Origin: a virus
Lineage: Duplodnaviria > Caudoviricetes
Strand: one strand, 5' to 3'
Length of the DNA stretch: 29,364 bases
IMG/VR virus record: IMGVR_UViG_3300009435_000037
Coordinates: 1-29,364 of that record
Position 1 is the first letter of the stretch. The number at the start of each line of letters is the position of its first letter. Shown one piece after another: positions 9,407 to 17,302 of the stretch. The notes below the pieces were generated by a model. That model was given only the letters and a program-made list of their open reading frames with translations, was not told the origin of the DNA and did no database searches. The position numbers and the translations under genes are program-made.

Positions 9407-9733
9407 ATGAAACTAACAAAAGCAAGATTAAAGCAAATTATTAAAGAAGAGATCGAGGGTCAAGCCGCTCCAGCTCCAAGAGGCACTGAAGTTTATGTGG
9501 TTGAGCTTTATTCACATGATGGCCAAAGTAGAGCTATCTTTACAACTGAGGAAAGCGCAAAAGAACTTGTAGCGAGACTAGAGAAGCAAAAAAAGTTTGT
9601 TGAAGATAATAGTAGAACTCTTCGACCGCGCGATCTTAAGTACAATGACAAAGAAACAGGACAACAATTCCTGTTCTCGTCTATTACCTCTCCTACACGT
9701 ATATCTCTTTATACAATGCGCCTTCATCAGTAA
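9407..9733 (+). CDS. Leader-array protein 6
   Basis: 108-aa ORF; MKLTKARLKQIIKEEI leader; GAGGA RBS. Confidence 0.85.
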   Translation: MKLTKARLKQIIKEEIEGQAAPAPRGTEVYVVELYSHDGQSRAIFTTEESAKELVARLEKQKKFVEDNSRTLRPRDLKYNDKETGQQFLFSSITSPTRISLYTMRLHQ

Positions 9734-9751
9734 AACAAGAGGTTTAACAAA

Positions 9752-10144
9752 ATGAAACTAACAAAAGCAAAACTACAGAAGATTATAAAAGAAGAGATCG
9801 AGAAGGCTTATAAGCACCCGCTAGCCCGCGGCGTCCAAGTTATTAGAACGAGCCGGACGAAGCGCCCAGCAGACCCGGATGATTCTTATGACCCGGCAGC
9901 CGGAACCACAGACTCAACCTATGATATCTTAGATCAGCAAGGCAACAAGATCGGCTTCTTAGAGTACGATGAATACTTTGGCAATCTGGACGGTGAGTTA
10001 TACGACAGATACCTTCCTAGATTGCAGGGCTATCGATCCCACGGTGCGGGTCCTCTAGGAAAGCTACAATCTTTTTTCAAGTCTAAGACTGGTCAAAAGT
10101 GGCTCGACGTAAGCTTGAGACAAATGCAAAGAAACAAAACATAG
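9752..10144 (+). CDS. Leader-array protein 7
   Basis: 130-aa ORF; MKLTKAKLQKIIKEEI leader; GAGG RBS. Confidence 0.85.
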   Translation: MKLTKAKLQKIIKEEIEKAYKHPLARGVQVIRTSRTKRPADPDDSYDPAAGTTDSTYDILDQQGNKIGFLEYDEYFGNLDGELYDRYLPRLQGYRSHGAGPLGKLQSFFKSKTGQKWLDVSLRQMQRNKT

Positions 10145-10149
10145 AGCGC

Positions 10150-10178
10150 TTGACTTATCCAAGCATCAGTGGTATAGT
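10150..10178 (+). promoter_or_regulatory. Sigma70-type promoter with extended -10
   Basis: TTGACT (10150-10155), 17 nt, TGg-TATAGT (10173-10178), immediately after the array. Confidence 0.75.
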
Positions 10179-10186
10179 AATACCAT

Positions 10187-10915
10187 ATGATGAAGCTGCC
10201 TCCTCTTGAATACACCTTCGACAATATAGTTCTTGGGTGGCGAGAGGAGGCAGTTTCGTTTGCGCGAGAGAATGGCTATCACTTGATTGTGAATAGTGAG
10301 CAGCGTCCTTTCCATCACTTTGTTGGATATGAAGATATTAAAAGTGAATGGTATAAAGGAATCTATGATCTAGGAATAAGGTCATTATTACCAATACCTT
10401 TTAGCATCCAAACCATTGGATTAGAAGATAACAAGTTAAGAATCATTACCGAAGGCAACACCAAAGTTTTAATCAACTTTGGTAGTTTGCATATTTTTGA
10501 TCTTGATAACTGCGGTGATCTAGGAGTAAGCGAGGTTATAGAAGATTATCTAGTTTATGATATGTTTGATATAACACTTGGTTCTCGCCTTGGTCGCCAT
10601 ATCGTAATAAACCCCAAAGACAGTTTTATAAAGACAATAGATTTTGTTGTATCAAACCGCATTGATAAGAATACATCCGGGGATTATAAAGATATTGTTG
10701 TTACCAGCGTAATAGATTACAAAGACATAAAAAGCTTTGATTACTCTGATACTGTGATTCGCATATTTGTAGAGCGAACCTTAAAAGAAAACAACATAAA
10801 AAGACGAAGAGGACGTAGCCTTAAAATAGTTCATTCATCGCGACACATAATAAAAAATAACTTTAAGTTTAAAATATATGATGATTTAGATAAAAGGATA
10901 ACATTATATGAGTAA
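10187..10915 (+). CDS. Hypothetical protein (242 aa), possible degenerate Rossmann-like N-terminus
   Basis: FDNIVLGWREEAVSFA weakly resembles a beta-alpha dinucleotide-binding start but lacks GxGxxG. Confidence 0.7.
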   Translation: MMKLPPLEYTFDNIVLGWREEAVSFARENGYHLIVNSEQRPFHHFVGYEDIKSEWYKGIYDLGIRSLLPIPFSIQTIGLEDNKLRIITEGNTKVLINFGSLHIFDLDNCGDLGVSEVIEDYLVYDMFDITLGSRLGRHIVINPKDSFIKTIDFVVSNRIDKNTSGDYKDIVVTSVIDYKDIKSFDYSDTVIRIFVERTLKENNIKRRRGRSLKIVHSSRHIIKNNFKFKIYDDLDKRITLYE

Positions 10916-11756
10916 GTTAAATATGCCGGCTATTATTCCAGTCGCAGGACTCACCTCAGAGTTTGGTATGGAATGGGACGCATCTTTGATGCCTGTCGCC
11001 GCCAACTATACCGCTTTGGAAGCAGCAGTTTATGAATGTATCCACGCTGGATGTTCATCTATCTGGATTGTAGCAAATGATGACGTTGCGCCTTTAATAA
11101 GACGCCGCGTAGGAGAATACGCCACTGATATACGATCAGTTGAGCAAGGAACATTTAAACGCTTTGGAGGAACAAATCATATGGAAGTTCCAATATACTA
11201 TGTTCCAATCCATCCAAAACACCGAGATAAAGTTGATAACTATTCTTGGTCAATCATATATGGCGCCAATGTCGCTTATTGGATAATGAGAAGATTTTCC
11301 AGATGGACGCGCCCAAGTCAGTATTATGTTTCATTTCCATTGGGAATGTTGGATCCATTAGAAGTATTAAAGCATAGAGCCGCTGTTCGCAAGAACGCTC
11401 CATTTTATTTCTCTCATAACGGCAAAACTATCAAGGATGGGTTGCCTATAAGTTTTGTTCTTAGTCCTGATGAGTGGCGCAGAGCAAAACACACGATTAC
11501 AACAAACTCTTCTACTTGGCGAATCCCAACAGGCGACGGTCCCCCAACTGAAAAGCTTCCAATAGAAGAAAGATTGGTGTCCCGCAAATATAGTTTGATT
11601 GACGTGTTTGGAGGAGGACCAGATAATACAGAACAGGAAATCAAGACCTTTTATGACTTGACAGCCTGGGCTGGGTATGCTAAATTTATATCATCGGACC
11701 TAGGGAAACGAACCCGGCGCCCGACCACAACAACAATGTATAGAGGACGAAAATAG
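10908..11756 (+). CDS. Nucleotidyltransferase-fold (NTP_transferase / GT-A-like) protein, divergent
   Basis: PAIIPVAG...SLMPVA...ALEAAVYECIHAGCSSIWIV matches the N-terminal layout of sugar-phosphate nucleotidyltransferases; the GTR and PK residues are missing. Confidence 0.55.
   Translation: MSKLNMPAIIPVAGLTSEFGMEWDASLMPVAANYTALEAAVYECIHAGCSSIWIVANDDVAPLIRRRVGEYATDIRSVEQGTFKRFGGTNHMEVPIYYVPIHPKHRDKVDNYSWSIIYGANVAYWIMRRFSRWTRPSQYYVSFPLGMLDPLEVLKHRAAVRKNAPFYFSHNGKTIKDGLPISFVLSPDEWRRAKHTITTNSSTWRIPTGDGPPTEKLPIEERLVSRKYSLIDVFGGGPDNTEQEIKTFYDLTAWAGYAKFISSDLGKRTRRPTTTTMYRGRK
11658..11686 (+). promoter_or_regulatory. Sigma70-type promoter for dnaE, internal to the upstream gene
   Basis: TTGACA (11658-11663), 17 nt, TGc-TAAATT (11681-11686), 70 nt before the dnaE start. 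Confidence 0.6.
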
Positions 11757-14700
11757 ATGACGGATAAAAAGATTCCTTTTGTAGGACTTCACGCTCACTC
11801 GGTTGCGGGCAGCATCTTTGACGCTATGGGATATCCAAGCGAACACATGAACTTTTGCTATGAGAACGGTGGAGAAGCACTTGCTCTCACAGATCACGGC
11901 AATATGAATGGTTTTTCCCATCAGTTGCTTCATTGGAAGAAGATGAAGGCTGAGGGAAAGAACTTTAAGCCTATTTTTGGAGTAGAAGCATACTTCTTAC
12001 CTTCTATTGAAGAATGGCGTGATGATTATGAGCGTGTTAAGGCTGACGCAAAACAAGCAAAGTCCCTAGCAAAGCAAGGAGATACATCAGGAGCAACCGT
12101 TGAAGACGAAGACGCTTCAAAGAAGGCTATTAAGTCAGTTATTAACCGCCGCCGCCACCTCGTACTTCTGGTTCAAAACCAGACAGGACTAACTAATCTA
12201 TTTAAGTTAATCTCCGAGTCTTACAAAGAAGAGAACTTTTATCGTTATCCTCGCGTTGATTATAAAATGCTAAACAAATACTCAGAGGGCATTGTCGCCG
12301 CATCTGCGTGTTTGGGCGGTCCTTATGCCGGGAACTATTGGGCAAACCGTGAAGAAGGTCCAGAAGCAGTTCGCGAGGCTATGAGAGAAACAACACGCCG
12401 GTTTGTAGAGATCTTTGGAGATCGCTGGCACGGCGAACTACAATGGAACAATATTCCAGAGCAGCACGAACTAAATCAATACATTATTGAGATGAGTAAA
12501 GAGTTCGGGATTCCTCTTATCTCTACCGCAGACAGTCACTACCCTAATCCTGATGCTTGGAGGGATCGTGAACTATATAAGCGCTTAGGCTGGCTTGGTA
12601 AGGGAGCACCCGCTTGGGCAGAAGATAATACAGAGTTGCCCCCCGGTGTAGAAGAGATTGGATATGAACTTTATCCAAAAAACGGAAACCAAATGTGGGA
12701 TTCCTATAAGTATTATTCAAAGTCTTGTGGAGTAGAATATGATGACCAACTGGTTATGGATTCAATCACAAGAACGCACGATATTGCTTTCAATATGATC
12801 GAGGACTTTACACCAGATACTACAGTTAAACTTCCAAACTTTGTGGTTCCAGCCGGCTTTACGGCAGATCAGGCATTGGTGAACTATTCTTTGGAAGGTC
12901 TTCGTAATCTAAACTTCCACGACAATAAGGAATACACAGATAGACTACAAACCGAACTTGATGTTATTGAGGATCGAGGGTTTAGTAAGTATTTCTTGAC
13001 TATGAAAGCCATTTCCGACAAAGCAAACGAAGTTCAACTTACTGGCCCCGGGCGAGGCTCGGCAGCAGGATCCTTGGTTGCGTATGTACTCGGGATTACA
13101 CAAATCGATCCTATTAAGTATGGTCTTCTCTTTGAGAGATTCCTTCGTAAGGACGCAACTGACTATCCAGACATTGACTATGATGTAGCAGAGCCAATGG
13201 AACTTAAAGAACTTTTGATGGAGGAATGGGGTAAGAACTCTGTTGTCCCGATTTCAAACTGGAACACATTACAACTTAAATCCTTGATTAAGGATATTTC
13301 AAAGTTCTATGGTGTGCCTTTCATTGAAGTAAACAAAGTTACATCACAGATGATCTTTGAAGCAACTCCATTAGCAAAGGTTAAGCACGGCATTAAGGCT
13401 GGTGTTTATAACCCGACTTGGAAGGAAGTAATGGAACTTTCTCCTTCTTTGCGAGGGTTCCTTGTTAAGTATCCTCACATTAAGACACACGTTGAGGCCC
13501 TTGTAGGTCAAGTTCGCTCTTGTTCACGCCACGCTGGCGGTGTATTGGTTGCTGATGATCTAAATGAACATATGCCGATTATTAGTTCAGGAGGAGTAAG
13601 GCAATCTCCTTGGGCAGAAGGACAGCACGTTCGCCACTTGGAGCCATTAGGGTTCATTAAGTTTGATTTGCTTGGGCTTTCTACGCTTCGTATGATCGAA
13701 GGGGCAATCAGGCACATTCTTGTTAGACATAAGAATAATCCAAACCCAACATTCAAGGATGTTCAGGATTTCTACAACGCTAACCTCCACCCGGATAAGA
13801 TTGATTTTGACGACCAAAAGGTGTATAAGAATGTTTTCCAGAGCGGAAACTTCGCCGGTATTTTTCAGTTTACAGAGATGCGAGCACAAGAATTTTGCGC
13901 AAACGCAAAGCCGAAGTCATTAGTTGACATATCAGCCATCACTTCAATCTATCGCCCAGGTCCTTTGTCGGCAAATGTTCACGAGCAATACATTCAAGCG
14001 AAGAGTATGCCTCACGAGATTGATTACATTAACGAGCATATTAAGGAAGTAACACAGGAAACTTACGGGTTCTTAATCTTTCAGGAGCAGATTGCGCTTC
14101 TTGCTCACAAGTTAGGCAAGAACATTTCTCTAGATGAAGGCAATCTTCTTCGCAAGGTTCTCACAAAGAAAGGAACCGGCAAGGGTCACGAAGTAAAGAT
14201 GAGAATCCACGATAAGTTTATCAATGGTTGTATCGAAAAGGGTATTCGCCAACGAGAAGCAGAAGATATGTGGGAGCGGTTTGAGTATTTCTCCGGGTAT
14301 GGTTTTAACAAATCACACGCTATTTCTTACTCCGCAATCTCATTCCAATGTGCTTGGCTATGGAACTACTACCCAGTAGAGTGGATGGCTTCTTTCTTGG
14401 ATAAGGAACCAGAGAAGCGTAAGGAAAGAGCGATCAACATCGCAAAGCAGAACGGATTTACTATTGAAAAGGCAGACGTGAATCGTTCATCGTTTGTATG
14501 GGAGATTGATCCAAATAATGATAGAAAGTTAGTTCAGCCACTTGCAGGGTTGAAAGGCTTGGGAGACGCAGCAATCCAGCAGATTGTAGATCATAGACCA
14601 TTCGCAACAATCGAGGATTTCTTGTTCCACGACGATATTGTATACAGCAAACTAAACAAGAAAGCACTTGATCGTTTAACTCGCGCTGGCGCAATGAACA

Positions 14701-15197
14701 GTTTAATGGATGAGCGATTCTCTGGACGCAAGCATTTCTGGTCAGCTGTCGCAGTAGATAGAGTTTATAATCGCAAGAAGTTCAATGAGAACATTGAAAA
14801 GTATTACCCTGATGGCGACTTCTCTGCGGCAGAAGAAATCGAGAATCTAACATCAATCACTGGAATCTTTCCAATGCACTTGGTTGTTACACCAGAAGTT
14901 CAGCGCCAGTTGGATGAACATTACATTCCGCCGATTTCAGACTATGATCCAGAGTTAGGATTGGTATGGTTTATTCCTCGGCAGATTGTTCGAAAGAAAA
15001 CGAAGAATGGAAAGCCATATTGGATTGTCGAGGTAATCGATTCAAATTCGGCCTTGACACGCTTCCGCTGCTGGGGTATAGTAGAGGGGAAAGACAGGAT
15101 CCACCTGAACAGACCTTACATGGGCAAACTAGACTATGACCCAGCGTGGGGATTCTCAACGAGATCCATCAAAAGAAACTTAAGATTGTTAGGATAA
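11757..15197 (+). CDS. dnaE: DNA polymerase III alpha subunit (family C) with PHP domain
   Basis: LHAHS, ALTDHGNM, GVEAY, TADSHY (PHP); GPGRGSAAGSLVAYVLGIT, PDIDYD, SRHAGGV, KFDLLGL, YRPGP, YGFNKSHA. Confidence 0.96.
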   Translation: MTDKKIPFVGLHAHSVAGSIFDAMGYPSEHMNFCYENGGEALALTDHGNMNGFSHQLLHWKKMKAEGKNFKPIFGVEAYFLPSIEEWRDDYERVKADAKQAKSLAKQGDTSGATVEDEDASKKAIKSVINRRRHLVLLVQNQTGLTNLFKLISESYKEENFYRYPRVDYKMLNKYSEGIVAASACLGGPYAGNYWANREEGPEAVREAMRETTRRFVEIFGDRWHGELQWNNIPEQHELNQYIIEMSKEFGIPLISTADSHYPNPDAWRDRELYKRLGWLGKGAPAWAEDNTELPPGVEEIGYELYPKNGNQMWDSYKYYSKSCGVEYDDQLVMDSITRTHDIAFNMIEDFTPDTTVKLPNFVVPAGFTADQALVNYSLEGLRNLNFHDNKEYTDRLQTELDVIEDRGFSKYFLTMKAISDKANEVQLTGPGRGSAAGSLVAYVLGITQIDPIKYGLLFERFLRKDATDYPDIDYDVAEPMELKELLMEEWGKNSVVPISNWNTLQLKSLIKDISKFYGVPFIEVNKVTSQMIFEATPLAKVKHGIKAGVYNPTWKEVMELSPSLRGFLVKYPHIKTHVEALVGQVRSCSRHAGGVLVADDLNEHMPIISSGGVRQSPWAEGQHVRHLEPLGFIKFDLLGLSTLRMIEGAIRHILVRHKNNPNPTFKDVQDFYNANLHPDKIDFDDQKVYKNVFQSGNFAGIFQFTEMRAQEFCANAKPKSLVDISAITSIYRPGPLSANVHEQYIQAKSMPHEIDYINEHIKEVTQETYGFLIFQEQIALLAHKLGKNISLDEGNLLRKVLTKKGTGKGHEVKMRIHDKFINGCIEKGIRQREAEDMWERFEYFSGYGFNKSHAISYSAISFQCAWLWNYYPVEWMASFLDKEPEKRKERAINIAKQNGFTIEKADVNRSSFVWEIDPNNDRKLVQPLAGLKGLGDAAIQQIVDHRPFATIEDFLFHDDIVYSKLNKKALDRLTRAGAMNSLMDERFSGRKHFWSAVAVDRVYNRKKFNENIEKYYPDGDFSAAEEIENLTSITGIFPMHLVVTPEVQRQLDEHYIPPISDYDPELGLVWFIPRQIVRKKTKNGKPYWIVEVIDSNSALTRFRCWGIVEGKDRIHLNRPYMGKLDYDPAWGFSTRSIKRNLRLLG

Positions 15198-15200
15198 GAA

Positions 15201-15860
15201 ATGACTCATGAAGATGAAGCTAAATTAAAAGAATTAATTTATAAAACCCTGGAATGGACTTGGGAACCTAATGGCTGTCGAAGTTCGAAGCGTACAGATT
15301 ACCTTCACCAAGAATTAGAAAAGATAATTTTTCAAATGGTCTCAAAAAAGTTAGGATTAGAGTACAATTATGTTCATGAAACTAGGGTTCCGACAGCTAA
15401 TGACGGCGCCTTTAAGATTGACATCCTTGCATCAGATTCCAGAGGAGATTTGGCATTTTTGGTAAAGTTCATTGGAAGTTCCTATAATAAAAATCGTTTC
15501 AATTATGATAACACAGAAATCGGAGAATCGCTTAGGTTCCTTAGTCACGAACTCGAAAGAAGAAAAGTTTGTAGCTTAAACATTCTACCTGTGCATCTGC
15601 CCAGGTTCAAATCTGACGGCAGCTGTAAAGTAGAGAAGCTAAGCAAGAATGATACAAGTTACTTCCTTGATTGTCTAAAAGAAGATGTATCCCGCAGAGT
15701 GCATTCTGCTAATTTATTTTTTGAAATTGATGAAACAGTTTTGGAAGCTAAAAACAGGACAGAGTTGATCGAGCGACTGCGCAACCGCGGACAACAAGCC
15801 ATTAGAATTACGAATTTTGGAGAGTTTATCAAAAACATTGAAAAGTCACTATCAGCATGA
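15201..15860 (+). CDS. Putative Type II restriction endonuclease (PD-(D/E)xK-like)
   Basis: E...KIDIL...FLVK pattern; stop overlaps the start of the methyltransferase (ATGA at 15857-15860). Confidence 0.45.
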   Translation: MTHEDEAKLKELIYKTLEWTWEPNGCRSSKRTDYLHQELEKIIFQMVSKKLGLEYNYVHETRVPTANDGAFKIDILASDSRGDLAFLVKFIGSSYNKNRFNYDNTEIGESLRFLSHELERRKVCSLNILPVHLPRFKSDGSCKVEKLSKNDTSYFLDCLKEDVSRRVHSANLFFEIDETVLEAKNRTELIERLRNRGQQAIRITNFGEFIKNIEKSLSA

Positions 15861-17302
15861 ATTATTATGAATATCCAAAAACCCTAACAGATAAAAAGAA
15901 AAAAGAATTAGGCATCGTATACACTCCCAAGAGTGAAGTTTCTTACATAAATCAAAGTTGTTTGGATTTATGGGAAGAGGATAGTCCACCACGAGTAATA
16001 GATTTTAGCTGTGGCACGGGAGTTTTTCTTCATGATATGGCCGAGCGTATTAGCACTCGTTACAATCTTTCCTATTCAGAGGTAATGAATAACTATATTT
16101 ATGGCTCTGATGTAGATTCGGATGCGCTTAAGATATGTGAGAACCTTACTGGATGTCCGAATTTAGAAAACCGGAACGGCCTTGAAGTCAATTTGGAGCC
16201 TTATGACATGATAGTGGGAAATCCGCCTTATGTTCGGTTACAGAATTTAGATTTACTTACCCGTGAAAAGTTGGAAAGCTTTGAGTGGTGTCATGGCGAT
16301 ACAGATCTGTATATTGCATTCTTACAAAGAATTATGATGTCCGATAAGATCTATGGCTTTATTTGCCCAAATAGCTGGTTATATACAGCCGCTGGTAAAG
16401 AAGTCAGGGAAGAGCTTCTAACGTCTAGAAGGCCCACAGAACTAATAGATTTTCGAGCACATCAAGTCTTCAAAGGCGTCGGAGCTTATTGCAGCATTGT
16501 AATTGCCAACAACGTTACATCAGATAGTTATGTTTTTAAAACTAATTTAAACTCGGCTGCGGCTCACAATAGATATGACGATGTTAACGAAGAGAATTTC
16601 TATTTAAATTCACAAGAAGCTGAATTTTTATCTCGTGTCGCTGATAAGAAATTAGCTTTTGCTGATTGCTTTGACGTTAAGGTGGGTCTTGCTACGCTAG
16701 CGGATAAGGTATATTTCTTACCAGATTGTCAGATAAAAGATAATTTAATCTATTGCCCTGAAAAAGATCTATATGTAGAAAAAGATATTACAAAATTATG
16801 TTTTAAAGCTTCAAAGCTAAGCTACTATGACACCAATCGTCAAGATTATATTATCTTTCCTTATAACTCAAAGGGTAACTGCTATGAAGACCATTTTGTA
16901 AAAAATACTTATCCTTTGGCATATGAGTACCTGACTCAAAATAAAGATAAACTTTTATCTCGTGATAAAGGGAAATTTGCGAAGCTCTGTGAATCTGGTA
17001 AAGCTATTTGGTTTCAATATGGGCGCTTGCAGGCGATTAAAATGGGGGGGGAAAAGATTCTTTTGTCGACTCTTGATAAAGAAATCAGATTTAAAAGAAT
17101 AAAACAAGGATATTTTATATCTGGCTATTGCGTCCTTCCGAAGGAAGGGTATAATTTTGATGATATTGAGAACTGCTTAAGCCATCCAGATGCGACAAGT
17201 TTTTTAAACTTAAAAGGCAAACCGATGAGCGGCGGCTATTATTCTGTTAGTAAGCAGCTTTTTAATAGTTTTAGATTTAACAAAAATGAGGATAAGAAAT
17301 GA
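15857..17302 (+). CDS. N6-adenine DNA methyltransferase, gamma class (TaqI/Eco57I-like) with C-terminal target recognition region
   Basis: GIVYTP (motif X), IDFSCGTGVFL (motif I), IVGNPPYVR (motif IV), DLYIAF, FICPNSWL, WFQYGR. Confidence 0.9.
   Translation: MNYYEYPKTLTDKKKKELGIVYTPKSEVSYINQSCLDLWEEDSPPRVIDFSCGTGVFLHDMAERISTRYNLSYSEVMNNYIYGSDVDSDALKICENLTGCPNLENRNGLEVNLEPYDMIVGNPPYVRLQNLDLLTREKLESFEWCHGDTDLYIAFLQRIMMSDKIYGFICPNSWLYTAAGKEVREELLTSRRPTELIDFRAHQVFKGVGAYCSIVIANNVTSDSYVFKTNLNSAAAHNRYDDVNEENFYLNSQEAEFLSRVADKKLAFADCFDVKVGLATLADKVYFLPDCQIKDNLIYCPEKDLYVEKDITKLCFKASKLSYYDTNRQDYIIFPYNSKGNCYEDHFVKNTYPLAYEYLTQNKDKLLSRDKGKFAKLCESGKAIWFQYGRLQAIKMGGEKILLSTLDKEIRFKRIKQGYFISGYCVLPKEGYNFDDIENCLSHPDATSFLNLKGKPMSGGYYSVSKQLFNSFRFNKNEDKK

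Larger units (their letters stand above)
8142..9799 (+). repeat. Six dispersed imperfect 48-bp direct repeats encoding the leader peptide
   Basis: Copies start at 8142, 8564, 8838, 9079, 9407 and 9752 (e.g. ATGAAACTAACAAAAGCAAGATTAAAGCAAATTATTAAAGAAGAGATC) and are separated by unique coding sequence. Confidence 0.95.

Noticed and set aside
8142-9799. CRISPR array or integron cassette array
   Set aside because: The repeats are protein-coding with synonymous variation and non-palindromic, with intervening segments of roughly 190-375 bp; no cas genes, integrase or attC-like hairpins were seen.
7739-10144. RiPP precursor cluster or Sec/Tat-exported proteins
   Set aside because: There is no hydrophobic signal core, twin-Arg or double-Gly motif, no adjacent modifying enzyme or transporter, and the cargos are protein-sized. 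Not strictly excluded.
4980-15197. Inteins or introns in nrdJ and dnaE (also checked recA and helicase)
   Set aside because: Lengths are ordinary, conserved motifs are contiguous, and no intein HN-C/S/T junction or LAGLIDADG block was seen.
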